A stretch of 64,000 nucleotides of DNA from a virus: IMG/VR virus record IMGVR_UViG_3300045988_131485; one strand, written 5' to 3'. This document shows, piece by piece, positions 34,970 to 44,008 of the stretch. The notes under the pieces were generated by a model. That model had not been told where the DNA came from. It saw only the letters and a program-made list of their open reading frames with translations, and did not search any database. The position numbers and the translations under genes are program-made. The number at the start of each line of letters is the position of its first letter. The first letter of the stretch is position 1.

Positions 34970-35143
34970 ATGGAAAACAAATACGTTTCCTTCGAGGTTT
35001 ACCGTCCCGTAAAGTCTCCCACGGAGAAAGGGGAATACATGGGAAAGACACCAAACCTGGAGCAGGCACGGCGGGCCGCTGATGCTGTTGGCGGTGCCTT
35101 GTACGGGATAACATCTGACGGACGCAAAGTCCTGTTGCTGTAA
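34970..35143 (+). CDS. small hypothetical protein
   Basis: ORF-track 34874..35143 overlaps P10. The ATG at 34970 follows AGGAGG (MENKYVSFEVY...). Confidence 0.5.
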   Translation: MENKYVSFEVYRPVKSPTEKGEYMGKTPNLEQARRAADAVGGALYGITSDGRKVLLL

Positions 35144-35170
35144 TTGAGATCAAGTATTAAGGAGAAGATT

Positions 35171-35344
35171 ATGAAATTTTTAATCTGTATGCCCACCGGC
35201 AAGGATGGTATCCAAGATGATGCGGTTATCCGTGACGCCCTGTTGACGGCAGTAAACCGTATTACGCTGATGGATGAGAAGAGCGGCGAGTTTGAGGCTG
35301 GCGACGGCAACCAGAATATGGTTACGTTTGAAGTGTCCGAATGA
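35171..35344 (+). CDS. small hypothetical protein
   Basis: The ATG at 35171 follows AAGGAGAAG (MKFLICMPTGKDG...). Confidence 0.5.
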   Translation: MKFLICMPTGKDGIQDDAVIRDALLTAVNRITLMDEKSGEFEAGDGNQNMVTFEVSE

Positions 35345-35362
35345 ATAAAGGAGGAAGACAAA

Positions 35363-35794
35363 ATGGCACAATGTACGAGAGAGCAGGTTAATCGCTGGAA
35401 CGCAAAACTGAGCAACGGGTTCCGGCTTGATCTGGAGCGCTTCATCGTATGGAATGACAAGGTGGCTACGCGCTCCATCGAATTGCCGGACGGCAAAGTG
35501 CTGAAGGCTGACATCGGATGGACTGAGGTGCGCGAGGAGCCGAGATTGGGTTGTTTCTATCAGAAGACTATTGGCATGATGCCGCGCCTTTCCCTTTCCC
35601 TGTGGACTCCGAGCAGCACGCCGGGTATGTGGTGTAGCCGTGGCCTGGGTGCCGTGGTAAAGATCACCGACAACATCTACCAGAAACGCAACTGGAACGA
35701 GCTGGCAAAGTTCACCGCTGAATGGGACGAAAAGCGCCTGCTGGAAGAGGCTAAAAAGCATATGGCCGAGCTTCAGAATGATGTGGTAGCCTAA
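35363..35794 (+). CDS. hypothetical protein
   Basis: 143-aa ORF with an AAGGAGGAAG RBS. Confidence 0.6.
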   Translation: MAQCTREQVNRWNAKLSNGFRLDLERFIVWNDKVATRSIELPDGKVLKADIGWTEVREEPRLGCFYQKTIGMMPRLSLSLWTPSSTPGMWCSRGLGAVVKITDNIYQKRNWNELAKFTAEWDEKRLLEEAKKHMAELQNDVVA

Positions 35795-35797
35795 AAA

Positions 35798-35831
35798 GAG
35801 GCGGAGGGATTTTTCTCTCCGTCTTTTTTCT
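35798..35831 (+). terminator. rho-independent terminator
   Basis: Imperfect hairpin GAGGCGGAGGGA..TCTCTCCGTC followed by TTTTTTC. Confidence 0.6.
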
Positions 35832-35838
35832 TTCTTTT

Positions 35839-35874
35839 GGTTAGCAACAAAGTAAATCATTCTGTAAATATAAT
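35839..35874 (+). promoter_or_regulatory. class-A promoter-like motif (P11) with embedded class-B core
   Basis: GGTTAGCAACAAAGTAAATCATTCTGTAAATATAAT. Confidence 0.6.
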
Positions 35875-35890
35875 AGGAGGCGATAAAAAA

Positions 35891-36109
35891 ATGAGACAAG
35901 CACAAATGACAAGAAATGAACGGCGGTATTACCGCAAGAAGATAATCGAGCAGCGGCTGATGGGGCTGGGAGTTCTGGCCTGCTGTGCTCTGGTGCTGTG
36001 GATGTGCTCCACCGGCGTAACCGTAGAAGATCGAGACGGCACGGCGGTTGTACTGCTGGCTCCGCTGGGGCTGTGGTTGCTGTTCTCTAAGCAGATTCTG
36101 ATTTACTGA
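35891..36109 (+). CDS. small membrane protein (2 predicted TM segments)
   Basis: The ATG at 35891 follows AGGAGG. Hydrophobic stretches are GLGVLACCALVLWMC and AVVLLAPLGLWLLF. Confidence 0.55.
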   Translation: MRQAQMTRNERRYYRKKIIEQRLMGLGVLACCALVLWMCSTGVTVEDRDGTAVVLLAPLGLWLLFSKQILIY

Positions 36110-36121
36110 GGAGATGCCAAG

Positions 36122-36406
36122 ATGAGCGAGAGAATTTTCAATGTTTCCCGGTCTACGAAGACCGGTAAGACAGTCAATGTTGGCGACTTCCCTACGGTTG
36201 AGCAGGCGCAGGCCGCTATGCTGAGTCACTACAAGGTGACACCTAAGCGTGGGGACTTCCGGTATCGTATCTTTGAGGAGGAGCTGGAAGAGATCAATGG
36301 AGTTACGTTCCGCAAATTCTGTCTGGTTCTCAGCGGCGGAAATAAACCATACAGCAAGAGCTATACACCGGCTGAATTGAAAGCCCTGGTAGAAAGTGAG
36401 GCATAA
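36122..36406 (+). CDS. hypothetical protein
   Basis: 94-aa ORF with a GAGGAG RBS. Confidence 0.55.
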   Translation: MSERIFNVSRSTKTGKTVNVGDFPTVEQAQAAMLSHYKVTPKRGDFRYRIFEEELEEINGVTFRKFCLVLSGGNKPYSKSYTPAELKALVESEA

Positions 36407-36409
36407 TAT

Positions 36410-36652
36410 ATGGAACGGACGGATAAGCTAAATCAACTCAGGCAATTCAATAGACCGTGGGAATATGATTGCTGTGACATAGCGGAAAAGCTGGTTGAGC
36501 TGTCAAATCTGCCGGATGACGGGCAGTTGAAAAACGAGCTGACCGATGCTCTATACTATCTCAAAGCTGTGGCGGAGAATCCTTATAACAGCGACTATCA
36601 TCGTGTGCTATTCAATGTGTTGCTGGTCATCACGGGGTTTGAGTGTTTCTAA
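36410..36652 (+). CDS. hypothetical protein
   Basis: 80-aa ORF tiled after the previous gene. Confidence 0.55.
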   Translation: MERTDKLNQLRQFNRPWEYDCCDIAEKLVELSNLPDDGQLKNELTDALYYLKAVAENPYNSDYHRVLFNVLLVITGFECF

Positions 36653-36656
36653 ATCA

Positions 36657-36690
36657 GGGAGAGGGGCAATCCTCTCCTTTTTTTATTTTT
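36657..36690 (+). terminator. rho-independent terminator
   Basis: GGGAGAGG-GGCAAT-CCTCTCC followed by TTTTTTTATTTTT. Confidence 0.75.
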
Positions 36691-36692
36691 AT

Positions 36693-36728
36693 GGTTAGCA
36701 ATTTTTCAAAACGGTCTGTAAATATAGT
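36693..36728 (+). promoter_or_regulatory. class-A promoter-like motif (P12)
   Basis: GGTTAGCAATTTTTCAAAACGGTCTGTAAATATAGT. Confidence 0.65.
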
Positions 36729-36741
36729 GGAGGTGCTGAAT

Positions 36742-37194
36742 ATGAAAACCTGCAAAATCTGCGGATGTTCTTTCGATGAAGAAAATTTTGAAGGTGTTGT
36801 TGTCAATGAGGGCATAGACAATGAATACCATGTTTGTTGCGATTGTGTCCCGTCCGAGTGTAACAACGGACATATTATTTCCTGTGAAGCCTGCGGTTCA
36901 TATTTTTCGGCGGATAAACTGCACGACGAAGAGATCGAGGGGCATTCCTTTACCGCGTGTCCGGCCTGCGGGAAAGATGTGGTAGAGGGGTTGAGCCGTG
37001 CAGAATTTGAAGATGAATACTTTCGCCCGCGATATTCTGTTGTCGTTCGTCAATTCAGCGGTTCAGTTCGTGGATATATCGTGAGCGCAAATAGTCGCCA
37101 CGAGGTCATGAAGCGGCTGCTGGAAAAGCTGGACTTCAACTATGTCGCAGAGGTATCCATTGGGGAAATCCTTGTGAAGGAGGACGAGTTTTAA
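36742..37194 (+). CDS. Cys-rich zinc-ribbon protein
   Basis: The ATG at 36742 follows GGAGG. There are multiple CxxC pairs (CKICGC, CCDC, CEACG, CPACG). Confidence 0.6.
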   Translation: MKTCKICGCSFDEENFEGVVVNEGIDNEYHVCCDCVPSECNNGHIISCEACGSYFSADKLHDEEIEGHSFTACPACGKDVVEGLSRAEFEDEYFRPRYSVVVRQFSGSVRGYIVSANSRHEVMKRLLEKLDFNYVAEVSIGEILVKEDEF

Positions 37195-37436
37195 TGTACA
37201 TGAGCAAAAAGAAGTTCGATGAGATCAAGGCCAAGCATAGCACCACCATTGTGGTGGATGCTGATGTGGGCGAGGCTCTGGCTTTTGTCCAGGACTTGCT
37301 GGAGGCTGAGGCGGACGCAATCAAAAACCGCGAGCCGCACGCAACTGCATCTATCGGACGCCTGAATGAAGCCGCCTATGAAGTGTTCTCCATCTCCAAC
37401 GAGATCGACGCCGGGGAGTTTGATGACGGCAAATAA
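37194..37436 (+). CDS. hypothetical acidic protein
   Basis: 80-aa ORF with a TAATG overlap with the upstream gene. Confidence 0.55.
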   Translation: MYMSKKKFDEIKAKHSTTIVVDADVGEALAFVQDLLEAEADAIKNREPHATASIGRLNEAAYEVFSISNEIDAGEFDDGK

Positions 37437-37452
37437 AAAAAAGTAGCCTCCC

Positions 37453-37488
37453 GGTTAGCAAAACTGGGAGGCTATCTGTAATTATAGT
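37453..37488 (+). promoter_or_regulatory. class-A promoter-like motif (P13)
   Basis: GGTTAGCAAAACTGGGAGGCTATCTGTAATTATAGT. The upstream half sits in the loop of hairpin AGCCTCCC..GGGAGGCT. Confidence 0.65.
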
Positions 37489-37525
37489 ACAAGCACAAGC
37501 AACCAACTTTAAGGAGGATGACAAA

Positions 37526-38065
37526 ATGAGCGCTGCTAATTTCTGTACCATGAGGGACTTCCCTTTGTTCGCCAAGGACTACTATGAGGACGCCAAGCGC
37601 TGCCCGGAATGCGGCGCAATCCTGAGCGCAGACGATACGGAATGTGAGTTCTGCGAGTGTAACGAGCTGGAAGACTACCAGTATTATGATGAGTGCGCGG
37701 CCTACGACGAGCGCCAGGAGATCGAGGACAAACTGCTGGACTTCAATCGTGGCCTGCTGTTCCATGAAGTTAAGCTCCAAAGCGGATACTATTCTGGTGT
37801 CCAATTCTATGTGGAAATCAATCACGATCTGACCGAAGATCAGGATTATTCCAACGATGACTGCCATTACTATTTTGACTGTTGTCGGAGTGTAGCCTAT
37901 CGGAAGTATGCGTCGGAAGTTCGGAAGATCAACCGGAAGCTGGCCGAGTTTGCCAAGGCATATGGATTCCAGGAATATGTGTGTACTGCCAGATTTTCAA
38001 ATGGTGAGGCGTGGTATCAGCTTGCCTCTAATCCCCGTGCCCGCTTGAAATCTGTCGTGGCCTAA
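37526..38065 (+). CDS. hypothetical protein with N-terminal zinc-ribbon
   Basis: 179-aa ORF with CPECG...CEFCEC. Confidence 0.6.
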   Translation: MSAANFCTMRDFPLFAKDYYEDAKRCPECGAILSADDTECEFCECNELEDYQYYDECAAYDERQEIEDKLLDFNRGLLFHEVKLQSGYYSGVQFYVEINHDLTEDQDYSNDDCHYYFDCCRSVAYRKYASEVRKINRKLAEFAKAYGFQEYVCTARFSNGEAWYQLASNPRARLKSVVA

Positions 38066-38071
38066 TAGATT

Positions 38072-38104
38072 GCCCGCCGTAAAAACGGCGGGCTTTTTAT
38101 TTTA
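38072..38104 (+). terminator. rho-independent terminator
   Basis: GCCCGCCGT-AAAA-ACGGCGGGC followed by TTTTTATTTT. Confidence 0.8.
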
Positions 38105-38106
38105 GA

Positions 38107-38142
38107 GGTTAGCAAAACTCGCCCTGGCTCTGTAATTATAGT
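38107..38142 (+). promoter_or_regulatory. class-A promoter-like motif (P14)
   Basis: GGTTAGCAAAACTCGCCCTGGCTCTGTAATTATAGT. Confidence 0.65.
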
Positions 38143-38181
38143 GAAGCAATTCTAAACAACTTTTTGAAAGGACTTGAAGAG

Positions 38182-38391
38182 ATGAACAACGCCAACGAGC
38201 AGAAGACCTATGTATGCAAGCGGGCCAGAATGTGCAGTTTCTTGATTGAGAAGGGTTTCACCCCTTACAAGGTAGCTCCCGACCGGGACAATCCCATGTA
38301 CGATGTCTTTCTTTTCACCGCGTCGCCTGAGCTGTACCAAGCTGTGATGGAATATATCAACACCAGTTCTGAGAGGAGAGATTTGAAATGA
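38182..38391 (+). CDS. hypothetical protein (DUF5659-like)
   Basis: I prefer the ATG at 38182 over the TTG at 38164. CSFLIEKGFTPYKVAPDRDNP..VFLF resembles DUF5659 proteins. This is from memory. Confidence 0.55.
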   Translation: MNNANEQKTYVCKRARMCSFLIEKGFTPYKVAPDRDNPMYDVFLFTASPELYQAVMEYINTSSERRDLK

Positions 38392-38759
38392 AAATTGATT
38401 TGACTGATGCTCAGGTTTCCTTGATCATCGACGGGCTACGTGCTTTGCAGGAAAATGCTGCATATGAAAACAAATGTACCAGCGACTCGGAAATCCACGA
38501 TAGCAACAACCAAATGGCCGATGAGGTAGACGACCTGTGCGAGTATCTTAACTGTTGCGAAGAGGTTACACCGGAGGTAGCTATCTGTGTCAAGGGCGGT
38601 TTGGTGAGTTCAGTTTATGCCAATGCCAATATGGATGTCGATGTATATGATCTGGATGTTTCCGACTTCCCGGACGAAGGGGAACAGGAAGCGGCAGACC
38701 AGAAAGAGGCCGAGCTGGATGAGCTGGTCAAGTCTCCCGGCTGGCGTGCTGTTTGGTAA
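38388..38759 (+). CDS. hypothetical acidic protein
   Basis: 123-aa ORF with a 4-nt overlap with the upstream gene. Confidence 0.55.
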   Translation: MKIDLTDAQVSLIIDGLRALQENAAYENKCTSDSEIHDSNNQMADEVDDLCEYLNCCEEVTPEVAICVKGGLVSSVYANANMDVDVYDLDVSDFPDEGEQEAADQKEAELDELVKSPGWRAVW

Positions 38760-38786
38760 GAAACCATTTTTTATAAGGAGGAACAT

Positions 38787-38975
38787 ATGAGCATTACTTA
38801 TGATGTGTCCAAGCAGAAGGGCAGTTCCCGCTGGTACCCCCACAAGATCGAGACTCCCAAGGTGCCTGCTGGCCCGTTGGGAGATAAGAAGCAGGCGCTT
38901 CATGCCGCCGCCGAGTTGATGGGGGTGAGTTACCCCGAGTACATGGAGTTGAGGAGGAAGAAAGGATGCGCGTAA
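38787..38975 (+). CDS. hypothetical protein
   Basis: 62-aa ORF with an AAGGAGGAA RBS. Confidence 0.5.
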   Translation: MSITYDVSKQKGSSRWYPHKIETPKVPAGPLGDKKQALHAAAELMGVSYPEYMELRRKKGCA

Positions 38976-39316
38976 ACTACACCCCTGAAGAGATCGCAGA
39001 GATGCACGATCGTAACGAAAACTTCAACGGAACACGTGCTAACTTTTCCAAGATCAAGCTCTACCAGGCCGTCAAAAGCGACCTGGTGGAGTTTATGAAT
39101 ATGTGCGATGACGTGCGGATGATCGACGGGTATGACCCGAACATGAAAGAGAAGCACGCCATTCTCTGGCTGGACTTCTCCCCTGCCGCTACTCTGAACA
39201 AGGAAGAAACAGCGGCTCTCACGGCCATCATGAACAAGGCCGACGGCACGGTGATTTCTGCCGTTGATGGGCACGTCCGCATTTCCTTTGATATCAACGA
39301 TATCTGGGATAATTAA
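38966..39316 (+). CDS. hypothetical protein
   Basis: 116-aa ORF with a GAGGAGGAAG RBS. Confidence 0.55.
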   Translation: MRVNYTPEEIAEMHDRNENFNGTRANFSKIKLYQAVKSDLVEFMNMCDDVRMIDGYDPNMKEKHAILWLDFSPAATLNKEETAALTAIMNKADGTVISAVDGHVRISFDINDIWDN

Positions 39317-39322
39317 ACAGAC

Positions 39323-39358
39323 GGTTAGCAAAACGCAGTTCTTTTCTGTAAGTATAGT
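39323..39358 (+). promoter_or_regulatory. class-A promoter-like motif (P15)
   Basis: GGTTAGCAAAACGCAGTTCTTTTCTGTAAGTATAGT. Confidence 0.65.
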
Positions 39359-39405
39359 GACCGGAGAAAAAACAAACGAGAACAAAATTTAGGAGGTACG
39401 TAAAA

Positions 39406-40350
39406 ATGTCTGCGAATGTTGAGAGTATGTTCTATGCTGGACGCGAGAAACCCTGGCATGGCCTGGGTACTCAGGTTGAGGAAGCGCCGACCAGTGCCGA
39501 TGCACTTCGGCTGGCTGGTCTGGACTGGACTGTGCAGCGCAAGCCCATTCAGGTTTGCGGCGGGCGCAAGGTGGATAACTTCTTCGCTAATGTGCGGAGC
39601 AGCGACGGTGCGGTGCTGGGCGTGGTCAGTGACCGGTATCAGGTGGTGCAGAATGCGGAGGCATTTGCGTTCACCGACGCTCTGATTGGCGGAGAGGGTC
39701 AGGTTCACTATGAGACGGCGGGAAGCCTTATGGGTGGTCGGAAGATTTGGCTGCTGGCAAAACTGCCCGATACGGAGATCGTCGGCGATAAGACCGAGCC
39801 GTATCTGTGCTTCTCCAACACCCACGACGGCAGCGGCGCTATCCGCGTGTGTATGACGCCTATCCGGGTGGTTTGCAACAACACTCTGAACATCGCACTG
39901 AATGGCGCAAAGCGTGCGTGGTCTGTCCGGCATACCGGCGACATTCAGGCCAAGCTCCAGGAGGCGCGGATGTGTCTGGACATGGCGAATAAGTACATGG
40001 ACAAGCTGGCTGTGTACGCCGACCAGATGGCGAACAAGACCGTCACCGATGAGCAGATCGCCAAAATTCTGGACGAGATGTTCCCGGCCACGGAGGATAT
40101 GAGCGAGCGTGAAAAGCGGAACGCGACGAAAGCCCGTGAAGAGTACATGATCTGCTACTTCGCGCCGGACATTCTCAAGTTCAAGGGGACTGCCTGGGGC
40201 GCACTGAACGCAATGAGCGACATGGTTGGACATACCGCTCCCCGCCGCATGACCTCCAACTACCAGGAGAACAACTGGGGCCGGATCATGGACGGCCATG
40301 CCATGATGGACAAGATGGCCTCTCTGCTGGCAGGCGTTGGCGCACGATAA
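39406..40350 (+). CDS. DUF932-family protein
   Basis: 314 aa. MFYAGREKPWHGLG...LDWTV...RVCMTPIRVVCNNTL matches my recollection of the DUF932 (phage/plasmid-like TIGR03299) family. Confidence 0.7.
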   Translation: MSANVESMFYAGREKPWHGLGTQVEEAPTSADALRLAGLDWTVQRKPIQVCGGRKVDNFFANVRSSDGAVLGVVSDRYQVVQNAEAFAFTDALIGGEGQVHYETAGSLMGGRKIWLLAKLPDTEIVGDKTEPYLCFSNTHDGSGAIRVCMTPIRVVCNNTLNIALNGAKRAWSVRHTGDIQAKLQEARMCLDMANKYMDKLAVYADQMANKTVTDEQIAKILDEMFPATEDMSEREKRNATKAREEYMICYFAPDILKFKGTAWGALNAMSDMVGHTAPRRMTSNYQENNWGRIMDGHAMMDKMASLLAGVGAR

Positions 40351-40358
40351 GAACAGAA

Positions 40359-40396
40359 CGAGACGGGATGGAGAAATTTATCCCGTCTCTTTTTTT
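40359..40396 (+). terminator. rho-independent terminator
   Basis: AGACGGGA..TCCCGTCT followed by CTTTTTTT. Confidence 0.75.
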
Positions 40397-40432
40397 GGTT
40401 AGCAAAATTACAGAACGATTTGTAAATACAGT
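40397..40432 (+). promoter_or_regulatory. class-A promoter-like motif (P16)
   Basis: GGTTAGCAAAATTACAGAACGATTTGTAAATACAGT (variant with TTTGTAA and TACAGT). Confidence 0.55.
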
Positions 40433-40446
40433 GTGGAGGTGAGTAT

Positions 40447-40743
40447 ATGAAACGCATAAGCCAAAAGCGACGGCTGATGGTCGTTAAATATCAGAACCAG
40501 AGAGATGTTGACCGGCTGGATACTTGTTTGAAAATGTGCTGTCTCCCTCATGTAATTTTCAAAGAGTATGAATTTGTCGGTGGCGGCGCTCTTTGGAAAA
40601 TCTACATTGATCGTGGGAGCCTCACTTGGGAGCAGGTTATGGCCGAGGTCAATAGAGTCCATGCTACCAAATTCGAGTTCATTAACGATGGCTCATATAT
40701 TCAAGACGGGAGGCTCTATACTCCCTTAGTTATTCAAAAGTGA
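40447..40743 (+). CDS. hypothetical protein
   Basis: 98-aa ORF with a GGAGGTGAG RBS. Confidence 0.55.
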   Translation: MKRISQKRRLMVVKYQNQRDVDRLDTCLKMCCLPHVIFKEYEFVGGGALWKIYIDRGSLTWEQVMAEVNRVHATKFEFINDGSYIQDGRLYTPLVIQK

Positions 40744-40746
40744 GGT

Positions 40747-41046
40747 GTGTTTATGTTACGGCCTGGACGTTACAAATCCGAGCATGATGGCAATGTCTTT
40801 CAAGCCTATCGGTATGTCATGGAAGTCAAGGAAACCACGAAGTCCTATATCTTCAAGCTGCTGGAAGTTGAGAACCGATACGCCGACGATCATATCGAAA
40901 TCATGTTTGGCGGCAAGAAGCGGATTGTTCTTCCCAAGGATAAGCCTTGCCGTCATGCAATGCGAGTGTGGAGTGACCACGACTTTACGATTTACCCCTT
41001 CCAAGCCGGCGTCCCGTTCTATTTCGAGAAGGAGGATGTGGCATGA
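40747..41046 (+). CDS. hypothetical protein
   Basis: 99-aa ORF. I prefer it over the overlapping 40745..41068 frame on composition and on its 4-nt coupling to the next gene. Confidence 0.55.
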   Translation: MFMLRPGRYKSEHDGNVFQAYRYVMEVKETTKSYIFKLLEVENRYADDHIEIMFGGKKRIVLPKDKPCRHAMRVWSDHDFTIYPFQAGVPFYFEKEDVA

Positions 41047-41396
41047 AAATCCCCAAGTATGTTTATGAGCTGGTGGAGCTGGGGCGGTTACGTCCCGCTC
41101 CTTTGGACGAGCAGGCCAATTCGAGTATTGCAGGCCAGGGTGAATATGGATATATGTTCCGAGTCTATCGGAAGAGTAACAGTCAATCCGGCGGAGTGTT
41201 TGTTGCCGAGGTGGAACGTATAACAGCCTGGGCACGACGGGAGTACGCGGAATCCAACATTCATACATACCGCTGGTACACTGATAAAGAGCACCGTAAA
41301 CCTTACTACAAACGGGATTATGCACTGGTGACGATCACTGATCCAGTTGCACAGCAGCTGGAAAAGTTGATTGCTTTGGTTAGCAAGAAACACTAA
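41043..41396 (+). CDS. hypothetical protein
   Basis: 117-aa ORF. Confidence 0.55.
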   Translation: MKIPKYVYELVELGRLRPAPLDEQANSSIAGQGEYGYMFRVYRKSNSQSGGVFVAEVERITAWARREYAESNIHTYRWYTDKEHRKPYYKRDYALVTITDPVAQQLEKLIALVSKKH

Positions 41397-41413
41397 CGGT
41401 CTGTAAATATAGT
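41378..41413 (+). promoter_or_regulatory. class-A promoter-like motif (P17), overlapping a CDS 3' end
   Basis: GGTTAGCAAGAAACACTAACGGTCTGTAAATATAGT. It includes the stop codon of CDS 41043..41396. Confidence 0.6.
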
Positions 41414-41419
41414 GAGGAG

Positions 41420-41782
41420 GTGGTCAATGTGTTTCGAGTTATCATCGCCGGAGGGCGAGACTTTGATGACTACCAGCTTTTGAAAGCGACCATGGATAAA
41501 CTGCTTTGCAATATTACGGATGAGATCATCGTTGTTTGTGGACAGGCTAAGGGCGCTGATACGCTGGGTGAACAGTATGCCATGGAAAAGGGATACACCA
41601 TTGACTACTACCCCGCCCAGTGGAAGCTATACGGCAAGCGAGCTGGATACCTACGCAATGAGCAGATGGCACAGAACGCCGACGCTCTGGCCGCATTCTG
41701 GAACGGTGAAAGTCGTGGCACCAAGCACATGATCGAGCTTGCCAAGAGATACGGTTTGAAAGTGCGGGTCAAGCGATATTAA
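41420..41782 (+). CDS. DUF2493 / SLOG-family (YspA-like) protein
   Basis: VIIAGGRDFDDY...VVCGQAKGADTLGEQYA...YPAQW..YGKRAGYLRNEQM matches the DUF2493 SLOG family. The start could also be the GTG at 41429. Confidence 0.7.
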   Translation: MVNVFRVIIAGGRDFDDYQLLKATMDKLLCNITDEIIVVCGQAKGADTLGEQYAMEKGYTIDYYPAQWKLYGKRAGYLRNEQMAQNADALAAFWNGESRGTKHMIELAKRYGLKVRVKRY

Positions 41783-41794
41783 GGAGACAGAGAT

Positions 41795-42025
41795 ATGTTA
41801 GTCATTAAGAAAATATGCGATTACACAATTCCGATATTTGGGAACAAGAGAGTTCTCCCCTATGCAAAGCTACTTGTTTCTGATGGTATTACAGAAAAGT
41901 TAAGGCCGATCATAGATGATGGCGGAAGACAGTACATCACGTTCAACCGAAAGAGATACTACATCAAGAATGCTGGGAGCCTCTATTCTCCCCACTATGT
42001 TTTTGCCGATGAACGGAACCCCTGA
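41795..42025 (+). CDS. hypothetical protein
   Basis: 76-aa ORF with an AAGGAGA RBS. Confidence 0.5.
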   Translation: MLVIKKICDYTIPIFGNKRVLPYAKLLVSDGITEKLRPIIDDGGRQYITFNRKRYYIKNAGSLYSPHYVFADERNP

Positions 42026-42040
42026 AAGGAGCACCTGGGA

Positions 42041-42241
42041 ATGACAAGAATCGGAAAAGAAACAATCATTCGTGCTCTGGAACAGCACGCGAAATCCCAA
42101 TCTGATATCGAACAGAATGCAAGGGAGCGCGGGGAACCAGACTTTGCTATTAAGGCAGGCCGTGAGAAGAATGTGGCTGTCGGTCTGGTGAGTGTGTTCC
42201 AAGGTATTTTGGATAGCCCGAGTGGAACCGTTAAGATTTAA
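42041..42241 (+). CDS. hypothetical protein
   Basis: 66-aa ORF with an AAAGGAG RBS. Confidence 0.5.
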   Translation: MTRIGKETIIRALEQHAKSQSDIEQNARERGEPDFAIKAGREKNVAVGLVSVFQGILDSPSGTVKI

Positions 42242-42259
42242 GTATAAGGAGGTAGCAGT

Positions 42260-42829
42260 GTGAAGATTACGGTTGCTGTCATAACCCCACAGGATTACGA
42301 AAAATTCAATGCTGTCGGAATGAACGCCGAGGCGTGTCTGGCAGACCGTGTAAAGCTGATATGCCAAGATGACGCCGGACACGTGGCAGAGTCCTTCATG
42401 AAACAGGATGAGTTCGACCGGCTGGGGCTGGCCTATATCGAACAGCACGCAAAGCTGGAACACTCTGAGGTCTGCGACGAGTGGTTTATGAAGTGTTCTC
42501 AAAATTCCTGGTACAACGATCTGGAACGCAATCCTGAGAAAGTCATCAAAGTTATGTTCGTCGGCATCGAAGACGGAACAGGCCGAGAGGTTTACCGAGG
42601 TGTTGAGACACAGCGTTATTATCTGCGTGAGGTACACGCCCACCAGCTTTTTGCCAAGTGGTATTTGTGCGGAGAGCGCCGGGTGCCGGAGGATGGTAGA
42701 GAGCCAAGACCTAACCTGGTTTTCCAACTGGGAGATCAGACGGAGAAGGTTGTGTATGACGACTGGAACGGCGTTGCTGCCTACAAGGATCAGTTCAACA
42801 AAAACTTCCGAGAAAAGGTTAGCAAATAG
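42260..42829 (+). CDS. hypothetical protein
   Basis: 189-aa ORF with a GTG start after AAGGAGG. Confidence 0.55.
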   Translation: MKITVAVITPQDYEKFNAVGMNAEACLADRVKLICQDDAGHVAESFMKQDEFDRLGLAYIEQHAKLEHSEVCDEWFMKCSQNSWYNDLERNPEKVIKVMFVGIEDGTGREVYRGVETQRYYLREVHAHQLFAKWYLCGERRVPEDGREPRPNLVFQLGDQTEKVVYDDWNGVAAYKDQFNKNFREKVSK

Positions 42830-42852
42830 TAGTTTCATCCTGAAAATGTAGT
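42817..42852 (+). promoter_or_regulatory. degenerate class-A motif (P18)
   Basis: GGTTAGCAAATAGTAGTTTCATCCTGAAAATGTAGT. The upstream half is perfect and the downstream half is diverged. Confidence 0.4.
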
Positions 42853-42905
42853 GGTCTGGGAGGCTCCACTATAAAAAGCCTCACCCCATAAAGTGAGGTG
42901 GCGAT

Positions 42906-43040
42906 ATGGAAATCCTCTTTGGGCTTGTCATCGTGGCCGTGAAGCTGATTTTGGAACACGTGGCCGTGAGGCACGCCAACAAATACTCCGATACCGTTGT
43001 TCGTAGATACAACAAAAATGAAAGTGAGGAAGAAAGATGA
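42906..43040 (+). CDS. small hydrophobic peptide (44 aa)
   Basis: MEILFGLVIVAVKLILEHVAVRHANKYSDTVVRRYNKNESEEER. The ATG follows GTGAGGTGG, and the stop overlaps the next start (ATGA). It is below the ORF-track size cut-off. Confidence 0.45.
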   Translation: MEILFGLVIVAVKLILEHVAVRHANKYSDTVVRRYNKNESEEER

Positions 43041-44008
43041 GTTTGATGGAGAAGTTCTCCGCCGTCGAGATCAAGGCGGACAACAGAATTTCCGAGGATG
43101 ACAAGGCGTTTTGTCTCCGCCAGCAGGAAGCCTTTGATAAGGCTGGGCCGGCGCTCCAGAAGGTTGCTGAGGCGATGTCCGCAGCCAAGGCAGAGCAGGC
43201 TGGAATCCTGACCGCAGACGAAGACTTTATCGACCGGTATGTGGGCGATGATTGCGACGTAGATGGTGTTTACGACACCATGAAGAAGAGGAACCGCACA
43301 TTCATTTCAGCTGTCGTCAATTATTTCAGCCGCAAGTACAGTGTTGAGCTGGACAAGCACGAGATTGAGGAGCATCTTATTCCCACCGGCCCGAAGGAGC
43401 CGAATTTGCCCTGGGGTGGATACAGAAGCATGAGCGAGGACGAGATTGCCTCTTATCAGCAGGAGCTGGACGCCTATAAGGTCGAAAAGGATAAGTTTGA
43501 ACAGTCCTTGCGTACTCTCCCTCTCCGGTATGAACAGGTTGTGGATGAGATCTTTGTACAGCTGGGCGGATTCTCATTCCAGGAGCGAGCCATGAATGAG
43601 TTTCTCCGGTTGTGTTGGGACGCATCTCATCACAGAAATTGGAGTTCCGATCAGTATGTGGAAGAGTTCGAGATCAAGAACGATGTGCTCCGCCTGACCG
43701 GATCGTGGGTATATTGTGATGAAAACAAATGGATGAGCAGTCCTGTCCCTGAGTATAAGCCCAGTGAGTCCCTGAAAACCATTCTGAATGCGCTGGCACA
43801 CTATGAGACTGGGAAGTTCAAGGACGGCGCAAATTGGTTCCCGGAGCTTTTCAAGTACGATACCAAGGAAAACCAGTTTGAGATCGCGTACATGAGCAAG
43901 GTCAAAAATATCAAGCTGTTCAAAAATGGCCGTGTGGATATCAAGTTCCGCAGTGCCGCTTTTGTCCAGGAGTTTGTGGGACAGTATTTGAGGAGGAACC
44001 CGGCATGA
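43037..44008 (+). CDS. hypothetical protein
   Basis: 323-aa ORF. Confidence 0.6.
   Translation: MSLMEKFSAVEIKADNRISEDDKAFCLRQQEAFDKAGPALQKVAEAMSAAKAEQAGILTADEDFIDRYVGDDCDVDGVYDTMKKRNRTFISAVVNYFSRKYSVELDKHEIEEHLIPTGPKEPNLPWGGYRSMSEDEIASYQQELDAYKVEKDKFEQSLRTLPLRYEQVVDEIFVQLGGFSFQERAMNEFLRLCWDASHHRNWSSDQYVEEFEIKNDVLRLTGSWVYCDENKWMSSPVPEYKPSESLKTILNALAHYETGKFKDGANWFPELFKYDTKENQFEIAYMSKVKNIKLFKNGRVDIKFRSAAFVQEFVGQYLRRNPA

Noticed and set aside
35180-36229. 349-aa minus-strand ORF (similar cases at 39325-40299, 41900-42838, 49277-50086 and 28895-29851)
   Set aside because: Each is antisense to tightly packed plus-strand genes that have RBSs, promoters and terminators. None has its own RBS.
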